The notes beneath the pieces were generated by a model, which saw nothing but the letters and a program-made list of their open reading frames with translations, ran no database searches and was not told the DNA's origin. Position numbers and translations under genes: made by a program. A stretch of DNA of 61,967 bases, filler included, from Basidiobolus ranarum (Eukaryota): assembly GCA_040143965.1 (NCBI GenBank). It is 26 parts of 26 records of this genome, joined end to end, with 100 filler letters (N's around TTAATTAATTAA, not from the genome) between each part and the next. Parts side by side here need not be neighbours in the genome. Positions count along the whole stretch, not along the records: positions 23,923 to 26,211 come from JASJQH010003521.1; positions 26,312 to 28,600 come from JASJQH010003522.1; positions 28,701 to 30,988 come from JASJQH010003523.1; positions 31,089 to 33,374 come from JASJQH010003524.1; positions 33,475 to 35,760 come from JASJQH010003525.1; positions 35,861 to 38,146 come from JASJQH010003526.1; 20 more parts are not named here. One strand, 5' to 3'. Positions 25,261 through 37,191 of the stretch are shown here, piece after piece; within the stretch, counting starts at the first letter, position 1; each line of letters starts with the position of its first letter.

Positions 25261-26211
25261 ATTAGCTTTCAGTATTTCCACCAAAATGTATAAATGCTTC
25301 ATTTCGGGACAATAAACAATTTTCTCACAAAAGCTGTTCATAACTCCACCTTTCTAAAGTTCCTCCAAACAGCCCATATTTTCCCCATAGGTTAAGAGCT
25401 CCATATTCTGACCTTTACAGCATGACTGGCACCACTACTCCCACCTTTATGAACTCAAGTGTTGAAGAGCTTGATGGAGAAAATAACAATATCTGGAAGT
25501 TCAAGATGCAAATCATGCTAGAAGATAGGGAGCTTTGGGATATAGTCTCTGGAGATTAAAAGGAACCTTCTGACTCTACTTTATTGGAATCTTACAAGAA
25601 AAGAAACAAGAAGGCATTTAATGTCATTTGTCAAAGTTTGAAGGATTCACAACTTGTGAATATTCAAAATGCAAAGACTTCCCATCAAGCTTGGACTATA
25701 CTGTGAGAGTGTTATGAAGCAATAAGTCTTGCTAATAGACTCTTTCTCAGACAGATATTCTTCAATATATTGATGGAAAAGTCAGAAAGGCTGGTTACTC
25801 ATGTTGCAAATGTGAGATCTTTGGCAAAATAACTGGAAATATTGGTGCAACTCTAGAGGAAGAAGATATTTTTAAGAATCTTCTAAGTTGTCTACCAGAA
25901 CAGTACTCAAACTTGGTTGCAGCTTTCGAAGCAACATCTAACAAGTTATCTCTGGAGTATGTGGTGGCAAGATTAATGGACAACACCTCAGAAGTAAGAA
26001 TTTGGAAAAAGAATCTGAGGAAGTGGCTCATTTTTGAGCTGGAAAACGTAGCTTTGGCAAGTACAAAGGTTACAAAAGAAGGAAACCAGGTTTATGCTTT
26101 GGTTGTAACAAGCCAGGACACCAGTTAAGAGATTGCAAAGCAAGAAATTTAAACAAAAATGAGAAGGCAGAACAAGTAATTCAGGTTTCTACGAAGATGG
26201 ATGTGTTATTC
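25261..26211 (+). mobile_element. Copia family B: partial 5' LTR, PBS (25390-25402) and decayed gag
   Basis: PBS GGTTAAGAGCTCC; gag LDGENNNIWKFKMQIMLEDRELWD, ANRLFLRQ; knuckle CFGCNKPGH. Confidence 0.9.
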
Positions 26212-26356
26212 NNNNNNNNNNNNNNNNNNNNNNNNNNNNNNNNNNNNNNNNNNNNTTAATTAATTAANNNNNNNNNNNNNNNNNNNNNNNNNNNNNNNNN
26301 NNNNNNNNNNNTTTTGTTAGTCGAAATGAAATTTCAAGAAACCCAAATGTATGAAG

Positions 26357-26444
26357 AGACGCCTAAATGTATGGCATCTTCAGTTGTGAAATTCTCTCTA
26401 AGACGCCTAAATGTATGGCATCTTCAATTGTGAAATTCTCTCTA
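26357..26444. repeat. 44-bp tandem duplication
   Basis: AGACGCCTAAATGTATGGCATCTTCA(G/A)TTGTGAAATTCTCTCTA x2, one mismatch. Confidence 0.95.
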
Positions 26445-26611
26445 AAAATCTCTGTTTTTTGGTGAGTATTCCTAGAGGCGCTTTACCAGAGACAGTCGTT
26501 TGTATTAACTGAACTAACATGAGCTGTTTATCCTGTGCTACCATGCACGCGATAATGTTTAATCTCATCTTATCTCATTCCAGACCAGGCCTGCCCCATT
26601 TCTCCTGTAAA

Positions 26612-26836
26612 TCAATGAATATATGATTGCTTCGGATTGTTAGGATCATAATTGGTGTGAACGAATCTAATAACAATAAACCATAAGCGTACATTTGCGG
26701 GTACAATTATGAGTACAACTATGGGTAATACAACATCGATTATCACCTTGTTGATTGTTTCACGATGCAAAAGCATGATTGTAGCCAGCATCAAACACTC
26801 CACATAAATGCTTGCTATAATGAAAACACCCACCAC
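26612..26836 (-). CDS. Possible C-terminal fragment of a membrane protein (two hydrophobic helices)
   Basis: Hydrophobic ORF in CpG-normal DNA; upstream frame interrupted; no family recognised. Confidence 0.25.
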   Translation of the reverse strand: MVGVFIIASIYVECLMLATIMLLHRETINKVIIDVVLPIVVLIIVPANVRLWFIVIRFVHTNYDPNNPKQSYIH

Positions 26837-28700
26837 TAGAATTTGTTACACATGGACCCAGTGCGCTTCATCTTAGAGAACAAGTGGAAGGTATTTCGGC
26901 TATTTTTTATAGATCACGAATTCAGTGTGAAGTATTCCACCATCAAAAAGCGCTCCATTAAATCCAAATAAAATTCGTTTCGAACCTTGCATTGACGTAT
27001 AGAAAGCACTTGTATAATAAACCATGTCTCTATCTTTGGCAGTTCCCCAAGCTACCATTTCCAGGTTTACCTAGCCCAAGCACCCTTGTACTCGATGAAT
27101 GGAGAAGAGCCTATATTCTCAATCCAAACATGATACACTAATAGCAATTTATTGATTTAAAAGTAATTTGTATAGCCCACTGTTGATCTCATGTTACTGT
27201 TTGTCATATTCTACAATGATTTGTCTATACGACAAAAATCAATTTCCTTTTTACTTTATTAAGAAACTCCACGTGAAAAGAGCTACACTTAACCAAGCTT
27301 TGAAACATGCGAACTATTACTTCTAGCAATTTTCCTTAACTACTATATTCCTTTCTGTACGTTTTTGCTGAGTATGTGTCTGAATGAATCCTATAGTTCT
27401 CACCCCATTCCTATCCAAAGCCTAGTACTCGCTAGCTGCCTATTTGACCATCTCTCTACACCCTATAGGGCAAGTAACTGCTATACTGAACTTTCATATT
27501 AGGCCCAATTTGCTTTGTTTAATACACCCAGCTCAGACAGCTCCAAAATCCTGCACTGAACTGTTTCTTTGGTTGAGTAAAGTTCAGGATATTTAATTAC
27601 TTTTCTTTAACTCACCACAATAACACTAAGAAAAGAATATTAGTAAATACAGTTGGGGTTATTAATGTTTCGTCAACTCTAAAAATTAAGCAAATTTTCC
27701 TCTTCTTCACTCCTACTCCAAGCTATTTTATTAAGTCATAATATCAATGAAAAAGTTGAAACTCCCATTAAAAGACTGAAAGACCCTAGAGGATCAGAAC
27801 AAGAAGTATCAAAAATAAAATTGAGCGCTGTTTTCTACTTGCAGCAGCTTGGGATCAGTCAGCATGACATTCCACGATTGACAAGAAGCGCACAACTGTA
27901 TAATGTATAACTTGTTGTACAAAAAATGTTAGGAAGTTAGACCATGTTGTTCATGAGTAAGCTGAGCATGAAAAGTGAGTGTTTATTGTGCTTTTTTTTG
28001 GCAATTTGTGGACGAAGTATTACTAACCCCGACTGTATACTCAGGTTTAATTTTAGAGAACTTCCAAAACAGGACTTAGAGTTATGCAAGGTGCTATTTC
28101 TATACAGGGAGAAACAGCATTCCCTAGAACCATAGTTTTGCTAATCACAACTTCCAGAACTTGTTTGATAGTTGACTCTGTGGTATTATTAATTGCATAA
28201 CATACACACTAGTATACTACTTTCTCTTCATATTAAGCTTTCATCGCTTTGAGGATACCAAATGGTAGGTCATTCATTAGTGAGTCAATATCATCGAATC
28301 AGGTCATTGCCTCGCCCATAGTACCTACAGCAAGTAGCCAAAGGTTTCTCTACAGCACCATATTTGGCTGCTCAGCCACTATTCAAATATGAAACATTAC
28401 AACTCCAAGTAGTATGTTGTATTTTGAGGCGTAGGCCAGTCAAAGCTCTTAATGGAGTATCTAGAATTCCCACTCTACCGGATATATTATACAAGGCAGT
28501 TTCGCGTCCTGAGGGAACATGTTCAATAAATATAATGTGAGTACAGCATATATGATGTTTTTAGATAGGATTAGAGCGCTATTACTAGTAACACTACATG
28601 NNNNNNNNNNNNNNNNNNNNNNNNNNNNNNNNNNNNNNNNNNNNTTAATTAATTAANNNNNNNNNNNNNNNNNNNNNNNNNNNNNNNNNNNNNNNNNNNN

Positions 28701-30988
28701 CTAAAACTTTGAGGCAAAGCACAACCAGTGTACTCAGTGGGCAAAACTAAAGTCAATTTTGTGCACTTATTACTGTTGATATTTACCAGGCATTGTGCAT
28801 CTGAAGACTTTGTATAGTGACAATACTTGTGATTATTTTCTCTATGAAGCCTCTGGCTTTCATATCTCAAGAATTTGTGACAATAATAGCAGGGCTTCTT
28901 TAAATGTTGGTGTTGTGTGATAAGAAGGGATTTGTAGAAAAACCAACACCTCCTATGTAAGGTGGTATTTCAGGTAGAGCCCATCAATATCATTAGCTGA
29001 TTCTGAGATGGTGTCACAGATGAGTCATCAGGGGAGTTACAAGTTATTTCTGGTAATGAATGACAGTTTTGGTATATTATAAGCTGTTTCTAAGCAATTT
29101 CATTACACCAAATTTACCATCTGAATATTTCAATGCCATTCAAAAGGCATTCAAAATCTAAATCAAAATTGGCTTCCTAGCAAAAGCTGGCTGGCACAAT
29201 AGGAAAAAAACCAGCATGAGTAGAGAACTTAATTGATGGGCAGTCTAGTGCTCTACTATCCACTTTGGCAGGCATTTACATGCTGTAAACTAACTTGAGT
29301 AATGATGAAGCATTAATCAATTTACCAGATGTGTTCCTTTCCAGCAATAGTTCAAGTGGAGAGGTTGTAATCCCCCATTTATATAGTAAATCAATAGTTG
29401 ATCAAAGCTCAACAGAAACAATGTCAAGACCATCGCCTTTCAAAATAGCTACTTTGCCAGCTATTGACCAACCCTCCATACCAAACTTGGAGAGAGCTAT
29501 TACAACAAGGTAACTGCAGGCAGAACACTATAATGATTTGTATGCAATCATTATTAAAGCTACAAATTTGCTGTACAGGCCATAACAAGCAATAATGCCA
29601 CAATATTGCAATTGATGCAGTGTTTGGAAGCAACTAGTAATCAGTTAGAGAGTCACTCAACAACAATACATGACCTTGAGAATGCTATACTAGAGCTACA
29701 GCAACATGCTGCACCCTCCATCCATCCGCATACAGGATTTCAATTAACCCTATACCTTACATATGAATGTCACCATGAAAATATAGCAGTGCAGAATATG
29801 TGTTGGACCATTAAGCCTACATAACAACCCAAAATTGCTTGGGCACATGAAAGTAGAAATCTCATAGAAAAACCAGCAAACCTAAAGACTCTGAATGTCA
29901 GAACTGCAGTCACTTGCTCTGATGTTGCATGGCTTAACATTTTCAAATCTGTGTAGAATCTAGGCCAAAATGGACTTGATTTGAGCCAATTGTGGAAAAA
30001 GCAAAAGCCTGTTGAAATTAGGCAAATAGCAACTCATTATTTAGTAGTTAGTTTATTCATATTTTGATTATTTAGCACTCAATTTTGTCATTCAAAAATG
30101 TGTGTATATTGCTCTGATTAATAAAAAATTAATTAGATCACTTGTACTAATTTTCACTATCTTCTCAAAACTTCTACAAATCACCACATATTTTCACCCA
30201 TGCTTAACAGGCATGTTTGTCATGATCTAAGCATATCAATATTCCTATTTCATAGTAAGCTATAAATAGGACATATTTGATTCAACAAAACTTAGGTGTC
30301 TAATTCACAAATCCAAATCTTGTCCAAAACACTTCCTGATAAGCTAAACACTTGAATCAAAACAAGGTGTTACTTTGAAGATTTTTGAAATATTTCACAT
30401 GGCTTATCCTGGGTTTTTGTAAGCAAATGACAATTGGGCTGGTATAGTCCTATTCATCAAACATCTCATAAATGTATGCAATTATTAACTTGGAACAGAA
30501 AGAATAGCAGCTAAAGAAGCACTTGAGAAGCAGGATTTTTGTAAACCCAAGGGAAAAGCAAAGGAGGCAGTGAGTTTAGGTTCCACTGTCTCATTTACCA
30601 AATTATTCACACCACTACAAAGATCTGCATTGCCAGAGTCAGATGTATTGGCACAAAAGCTGAATTTCACCATGGAACCCAGTACACCAGTGGGAAGATT
30701 GCTAAATCTGAAGTTTATCCAATATCTGGCACCTCTCAACAAGCCAAAACACCAGCAAATAAAACTCACTGCTCTTAAACATCAACTGGTAGTTTTCAAA
30801 GTGTTGAAATTAGCCCCTAACTTAAAGGCAAGCAAAAAGCTATGTACCTACCACACAGCACCCTCAGTAGTGTCACACTGCATGGATGTGTAAAAATAGT
30901 CAAAGTGTTTGAGGAGTATTCTCAAAAGTGTGAAGGGAAAAATGCAGTGCAAGTATGCAACAAGTGGCTTCAAAAGAAGCCCCGTCAC
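28701..30988 (+). mobile_element. CACTA-family internal segment (ORF1 start on minus strand, ORF2 on plus)
   Basis: Colinear with 48075-49960; contains solo LTR-C. Confidence 0.82.
30010..30359 (+). mobile_element. Solo LTR, Copia family C (350 bp)
   Basis: TGTTGAAATTAGG...TGAATCA with degenerate TSD AAGCC/AAACA (the empty site reads AAACC in other copies). Same LTR at 45988-46337 and 54575. Confidence 0.88.
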
Positions 30989-31088
30989 NNNNNNNNNNNN
31001 NNNNNNNNNNNNNNNNNNNNNNNNNNNNNNNNTTAATTAATTAANNNNNNNNNNNNNNNNNNNNNNNNNNNNNNNNNNNNNNNNNNNN

Positions 31089-31175
31089 ATGCTCATAGAG
31101 TTTGGCTACAGGAAGGTTTCTTAGCACAGGTTTGTTGGTATCAATACCAGAAGTGGAGTTTAGTGCGAAAGCCAT
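31089..31175 (-). CDS. PCK1: N-terminus of phosphoenolpyruvate carboxykinase (ATP)
   Basis: MAFALNSTSGIDTNKPVLRNLPVAKLYEH resembles the PEPCK-ATP RNxxxAxLYE motif. Only 29 codons are visible. Confidence 0.55.
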
Positions 31176-32349
31176 GTTTGAATAATATATGAATGACAGG
31201 AGTAGTGGTGTGATTGAATTCAACCGACTCCTATAGTATTTATCTAACTGCTAGTAGCACATCATTCTGAATAAATCATGTCGGACTTGACAGAAAGTGG
31301 ACAACTTTGGGGGCATGTTTCATCTGTGTTCAATCCGTAAATGGCCGATAGCTGATGAGTGATCTTGATCTCCCTCTGGTTCTGTGTTACCACCCAAGTT
31401 GTCAATAGATTCAAGGTACAGTCTTTAATTCGGTTACTTTTATGTCAAAATGATGCCTCATGAGCATATTTTACATTGATTTCCATGATGAATACCCTAC
31501 TTGTCCAGAAAGATATGAGACATCGGGTATCTTCATATGATTGGTTTTACTTTTTCATAAGAACGCTGCTATTTTACCCGCTACTTAAGTTACCGCTTAT
31601 GTTAACATTTCGGTCGGTTTCTCTTACTTGCCTCATTTGATATGAGTAAATGATGTTGGTCGTCTGGTCGGTCGCCTGGTCATAAAGAATGGTGGTTATT
31701 TATTATGGAATTCTCCATTTCCCTCAGGTGCTGACTCCTGTCTTTGTATACTTGGTCCTCCACAGGTATTTTCAAATAGTGCACATGGATTTACTGAGAT
31801 GATCGGACTCATTGTATTATCAATACTATGATTGGATTCAGGCGTATATTGAAGTGTTAGTAGCAATATATGAATAGTGGTCTAGCCTTATTCTAGTGGG
31901 AAATATTGCACTGACTGAAACATGGGATTCAGATGTTAATGGATTGAAGATTGTCAAAATATTTATAACCTACATCTCAAAACGCCCCAGGAAACTGGAT
32001 TACATTTGGTTTTTGTTTATCGAAAATTGAATGGAGTGTTCTTGATTAACACTCGTCTAGTGGGAACATACCGATATCTGATTAGTGTTATATACCATCA
32101 TTCATGCTATTGATATATATTGAATTATTAGTAATACATTGCTAAAATGTATAATCATTATCATATATATTATTACAACTTATTTTGCATGCTGCTATTC
32201 CATATTTCACACTCAAATTGGTTACTATAATATAGCTCAAGATCACCATGCTTAAAATTGGTTTGTATAGTTAAAATATTTGTTGATCATTTAATGGTAA
32301 ATGAAATCAAATTTGAAAGGCCTATAAGCTGAATCTATTAGCATAGGCT

Positions 32350-32650
32350 AAATATTTACATAGTCAATAGTACTTAGTTACTCTATATCTTACAAACATA
32401 TTACCAGCAATTCTGAAGACAAATTTACTACAAAGTTTGAAGACACATAGATTTTTCAAACTTGTACAAGAGGCCCCAAACTTTGCACACATGATCTCGA
32501 GACCATTTTTAACTCATTCTAAATGTTTGCTGGCTTACCACTGAACAAAACTATGAATGTCAGCTTTCTGCTTAACAAATCACTAGGTGAATACCAACTA
32601 TTTTTCAAGTTCCCCTACGCACTTTCAACAAACTCCCGAAATACTAAAAC
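32350..32650 (+). mobile_element. Old, diverged Copia-A LTR
   Basis: Recognisable GTACTTAGTTA, GCCCCAAACTTTGCACACATG and CTCCCGAAATACTAAAACA blocks. Confidence 0.65.
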
Positions 32651-33183
32651 ATGTGGCACATTATGCACAACTCAATGAAATATTCATCTTCTCCATCAAG
32701 TATTCACTTGGCAATACTCAAATACTGAATTAGTGGACTTTGATAAACAAACTGCTGGAAAATTTGCCAGTCAACTCTATGCTTGGTTTTCAAGGAGTGA
32801 GATATCATGGACTTTGGTATATTCCATTTATTCTATACTTCTGACACTATAACTTCTCAACATGATATGAGACCTTGGATGATAATCAAAATGCTTATGT
32901 ATATATGCTATCAAACACTATCCATACCTAGATAAACTTTTGGAGGATCTTTTGATAGTTGATCCTGTTCAACAAAATGTATTCAGAGATGAACTTCTTT
33001 GAGAACCATGGATACTCTGATGAATATTTCATATCAGGGCAAGTATAGTAGCAGATTTACAGTGCTAATATTTTGGCTTACAACATGCTTAAGGAGTAAT
33101 AAGTGCAATACAGGTAATATTTTTCAATTCTTAATGTAAGTAAATTATCACTGTATAAGGAGTGCATTTCTGATACATATATG

Positions 33184-33374
33184 TGTTGAAGTACTTGGGA
33201 GCCTGTTGGAAGTGGCTTAGAGAATTAGAGAAGTAGGTGGTTTTCACTTGTTGATTTATTGAGTATTCAGTTGACATTTATATTTTTGTCAAGATGTAAG
33301 CAAGCTAGCATGTAGAATGTGTTAAGGAAGGTCCCAGGAACATGTGTGCAAAGTTTGGGGCTTCTTTGAAAAAT
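33184..33374 (-). mobile_element. Copia-A LTR, 3' part
   Basis: Matches 2909-3100. Confidence 0.85.
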
Positions 33375-33474
33375 NNNNNNNNNNNNNNNNNNNNNNNNNN
33401 NNNNNNNNNNNNNNNNNNTTAATTAATTAANNNNNNNNNNNNNNNNNNNNNNNNNNNNNNNNNNNNNNNNNNNN

Positions 33475-33649
33475 AAGGATTCACAACTTGTGAATATTCA
33501 ATATGCAAAGACTTCCCATCAAGCTTGGACTATATTAGAAGAATGTTATGAAGCAAAGAGTCTTGCTAATAGACTCTTTCTCAGACAAAAATTCTTCATT
33601 GTAAGGATGGAAAAGTCTGAAAGCATGATTACTCATATTGCAAATGTGA
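33475..33649 (+). mobile_element. Copia-B gag fragment fused in frame to hexosaminidase
   Basis: DSQLVNIQYAKTSHQAWTILEECYEAKSLANRLFLRQKFF...THIANV matches the gag at about 25641-25817. Confidence 0.9.
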
Positions 33650-34149
33650 TTGTTCAGCAATGGACCGGGAGTCAAAATACGAAATCCATTGTTAATCTTG
33701 GGCATGACATCATCCAAAGCGGGTCTGATTACTGGTATTTGGATGTAGGACATGGTCGTCATGCTCCAGGATGGGTTAATTGCCCTACTTGCGATAAATA
33801 TCGTACTTGGCAAAAAATATACTCTCATGACTTACGTGCGAATCTTACGGAAGCTGAGGGTGCTCATGTGTTAGGAGGCGAGCCTGCCCTGTGGACAGAA
33901 CAAATCGACTCTTACAATCTTGATGTACAGATGTGGCCTCGTGCAGCAGCAGCAGCAGAGGTTTTGTGGAGTGGTTATAGTGCTATTAATTATACAGACA
34001 TCTTTGGCTCTGTCAAACGTGCTTTCCCTAGACTTAACGAATGGCGCTATCGTATGGGTGGACGAGGAATCAAGGGTGCTGCTATAGCACCTCTCTGGTG
34101 CGTTAAACAAATGGGATGGTGTGATCTTCCAGCTGGTTTTGAAGCATAG
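33643..34149 (+). CDS. C-terminal part of GH20 beta-N-acetylhexosaminidase
   Basis: YWYLDVGHG, YRTWQKIYSHD, VLGGEPALWTEQID, MWPRAAAAAEVLWSG and RLNEWRYRM...PLWC motifs. The catalytic DE is absent from this fragment. Confidence 0.92.
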   Translation, partial: NVIVQQWTGSQNTKSIVNLGHDIIQSGSDYWYLDVGHGRHAPGWVNCPTCDKYRTWQKIYSHDLRANLTEAEGAHVLGGEPALWTEQIDSYNLDVQMWPRAAAAAEVLWSGYSAINYTDIFGSVKRAFPRLNEWRYRMGGRGIKGAAIAPLWCVKQMGWCDLPAGFEA

Positions 34150-34366
34150 GAATACTCTGCTTACGGAGCATACCAATATTTAATCCCTTTTTTATTTAAC
34201 TACTCGCATTTCACATTTTGATTTCAATCAATCCGATTATTGTTCTTATCTTTTTGTCGGATGTGTTCAAGAATAAACTAGCTATTCCTATTTCTTGCTT
34301 TTATTATGTTAAAATCGGAGTAACACTTTATGCATGGTTGTAAATAGTAGAATGAATATGAGGACT

Positions 34367-35758
34367 TTAAATGCTAGGTATAGAACAACCCTGAGGTTCA
34401 CTATTTGTAACCACGGACGATTCATCATTAGATCGCTTGAAGGTGTGTTCATTACTACCACGAGCTTTGGAAACACTCGATGCATCGTGAGAGTATGTAG
34501 CTAAAGCATGGGCAATGCCACGCGCATTGATCAAAAATGGATAATGTGCGAGGTTTGCAGCAGTATCGCATGCCTTGTGGTAGCATTGGTCCAGGGCTTC
34601 ACCTGCTTTTCCACCGAATTTCTTGGCCTGCTCTTCGGTTTTGATCTCTTCGGCTCCGGTATCCAGCCCGCCAGAAGGAATTCCTACTGCCGCAAAAGGC
34701 CCTACATCTGAACGGCTGTAAGGGAAAACACTACTCTGATAAACAATATCCTTGGCCTTGAAATGATCCTCAAAGAGTTTGGTAATGACTTCGGAGCCAG
34801 CTGGTACTGGCTTACCACTAGAATCGCCGTTGTATGTCCGGATGATATAGTTGGGTGAAGCAACCATATCAAAATTTAGAATGACTGCTATGTTATCTAT
34901 TTCACTCTTTTCTAAGCTCTGTACATAGTGTTTCGAGCCTAACAAACCGAACTCCTCCCCAGCCCACCAACCGAATCGGACCTTATTCTTAGGTCTAATA
35001 TGACGGAATTGGTATGCAATTTCGAGAAGTGCACTACTGCCAGAACCATTGTCGTTGATCCCTGGACCAGCTCTAACCGAGTCCGTATGAGATCCAAGTA
35101 ATATAACATTCTTTGGGTCCCCACCTTTCGTTTCGGCAATGATGTTGTAAGTTTTACGGTTTTCGCGTAGCTCGTTGATATTTATCGAGGCCTTCACCTC
35201 CCCACTCTTCAGTAAGTCAATAAATATTCTGCCTGATTCTTGGCTCACACCTCCTGTAGGAATGGTCGACGTACCTTCAACTCCCAAAGTTCCACTAAGA
35301 TTTCCTGGAGTATTATTGTAAATTATAGTGGCTACTGCCCCAAGTTTACTCGCTTTCACTGATTTATCGTTAAATGCACAACCACCACGCTCGATTAAAG
35401 CAATCTTTCCTTTGAGGTCAAGTCCTGAGAAGTCACCATCCTCACAGCCTGCTGTTCCCTTCTCCCCAGCCACATCTGGAACTAGGACGAGTGGTGCAGT
35501 GAGACCACTATCAGGGGTTGACGCAGTCAGCGTCATCGCCCGAATCACGTAATCCTTACCATTAACGCTTAATTTTTGTGCTAATGTTTCAGAGTAAGGG
35601 GCAGTGAACTCTTGAAGAGTGACCTTGTACCCGGCATTTTTGACAATTCCATAGATGTAATCGAGTGTAAGTTGATGGCCTTTCCCACCAAATACTCTAG
35701 TATCATTGTTTTGACTGGCAAACTTTTGGAGGTTATCAGTATGTCGGAGAAGTCCTTT
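34367..35758 (-). CDS. PA-domain M28 aminopeptidase (aminopeptidase Y/SGAP-like), 5' cut by contig edge
   Basis: Open, intronless frame reaching the contig edge. PA domain (KIALIERGGCAF) and all metal-ligand motifs present: GSHTDSV, GINDNGSGS, GEEFGLLGS, NFDM, CYHKACD. Confidence 0.95.
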   Translation of the reverse strand, partial: KGLLRHTDNLQKFASQNNDTRVFGGKGHQLTLDYIYGIVKNAGYKVTLQEFTAPYSETLAQKLSVNGKDYVIRAMTLTASTPDSGLTAPLVLVPDVAGEKGTAGCEDGDFSGLDLKGKIALIERGGCAFNDKSVKASKLGAVATIIYNNTPGNLSGTLGVEGTSTIPTGGVSQESGRIFIDLLKSGEVKASININELRENRKTYNIIAETKGGDPKNVILLGSHTDSVRAGPGINDNGSGSSALLEIAYQFRHIRPKNKVRFGWWAGEEFGLLGSKHYVQSLEKSEIDNIAVILNFDMVASPNYIIRTYNGDSSGKPVPAGSEVITKLFEDHFKAKDIVYQSSVFPYSRSDVGPFAAVGIPSGGLDTGAEEIKTEEQAKKFGGKAGEALDQCYHKACDTAANLAHYPFLINARGIAHALATYSHDASSVSKARGSNEHTFKRSNDESSVVTNSEPQGCSIPSI

Positions 35759-35860
35759 AANNNNNNNNNNNNNNNNNNNNNNNNNNNNNNNNNNNNNNNN
35801 NNNNTTAATTAATTAANNNNNNNNNNNNNNNNNNNNNNNNNNNNNNNNNNNNNNNNNNNN

Positions 35861-36234
35861 TACTGTAATACTTGTGGCGAAGAGTCTTGTACATTTGTGG
35901 AGCTCAAGGGTACTGTATCGTTGTTTCGTGATGGTTTCGCGATGACTTCCCATTGTAAATCTACTAGATCATAACCAATGTTTGAAATGGATTTTTCGAT
36001 GGTCTTACCCAACTGAACACGGTCATCGATTGCAAAATCGGCTACTCCACGGCCGGTAAGGGAGCTGACACTAATAGAATCTGTGACGATGGAGTCGATG
36101 GCAGCCAAGGCCTTCTCAGTGGTTTTAACACAAGACGAGCAGGTCATGCCTTCTATTTGCATGATAGCTCTATACAGAAAGTTCTGTTCAGGCTGTGAAA
36201 CCAACACACCCTGCAAGTCGGTATTTGCTGACAT
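35861..36234 (-). CDS. N-terminal HMA domain of a probable P1B copper-transporting ATPase
   Basis: IEGMTCSSCVKT...ISNIGYD HMA motif; TATAAA about 125 bp upstream. Runs off the contig. Confidence 0.75.
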
Positions 36235-36496
36235 TGTTGTATGTATGTGATGTATGTGATGCAAGTAATGTTAAGGAATAATTAGATTAAGTTGGTGTAG
36301 AGTCGATCTACTATAATATTGAAATGAGTTACCAAATATCGTGGCGACACTGGGTGCTTTATATCATTTGATGCCGTTTCAAAAAACCTAATTTGGATTG
36401 GTCTATTCAATTCTAGAACAGATCGGTTGGGTATTTCTTCTTCACATTCTACAACTTCTATGGCTTCTGTCCAATCAAGGCGGCTTCCACAGGAGA

Positions 36497-36695
36497 GAGA
36501 TTTCAGCCATTGGTCAGTAAGATCGGGATGATCCGTAATCCTTATTTGGGAATTTGAAAGAACACCGGTAAAATAATGATGTGCGATATTTCAGCCATTG
36601 GTCAATATGATTGGGATGATACGTAATCCTTATTTGGGAATTGGAAAGAATACTGTTGGTAAAATCATGATATGCGATATTTCAGCCATTGGTCA
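36497..36695 (-). promoter_or_regulatory. Tandem ~90-bp repeat (2.2 copies) upstream of the HMA gene
   Basis: Three copies of GA(T/G)ATTTCAGCCATTGGTCA at 36497, 36585 and 36676; minus strand reads TGACCAATGGCTGAAAT (CCAAT plus GCTG core). Confidence 0.6.
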
Positions 36696-37105
36696 TGAGC
36701 TATATGTGCTAGTAGAAGAAAACAAGAGAAAAATCACTAATTAGTAACCAAGTTTAAGATTTGGCTGCTTTGGTACAATTAAAAATCAGGCCTAAGTAGT
36801 TGAAGGTTGACATATTCCGTCTCTGAATTATTGATATGAGATGGAGGGTTAGGGTTATGAATTTTAGCTGATTTCGACAACAGCGGATAAATCAGGATCT
36901 AATAAAATTAGAAAATGAGCAGGTTTTTGTGCCACTAGTCAGTGCAAGTTCATCAACAATGTTGGATTATTTCGGTACACTAACCGAATTCAGAAGTTGT
37001 TGCTACTCCCCAGAATCGGCTACAATATTCTGCTTAATTTAGGTTTTACAGTGTTTTAATCTAAAATGAGAGTAATTAAAGAAATCAATTAGATATTTCA
37101 TAAAT

Positions 37106-37191
37106 CAATGGGACGATCGCAATGAATTCGAGATAAGCTCAGACATCTGGCAAAAGAAAAAGGGTTCAAAGACTTACTCTGTATTAAATGT
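37106..37191 (-). ncRNA. Candidate Fanzor omegaRNA scaffold / element right end
   Basis: Lies immediately 3' of the Fanzor stop. GAGUAAGU (37179-37172) can pair with GCUUAUCUC (37138-37130). Sequence turns AT-rich after GTCCCATTG. Boundary is inferred. Confidence 0.35.

Noticed and set aside
26850-28600. CpG-normal sequence with short ORFs
   Set aside because: No supported coding or RNA feature found.
35761-35860. Apparent gene cluster of hexosaminidase, aminopeptidase, metal ATPase and Fanzor
   Set aside because: A linker separates the contigs; only within-contig adjacency is real.
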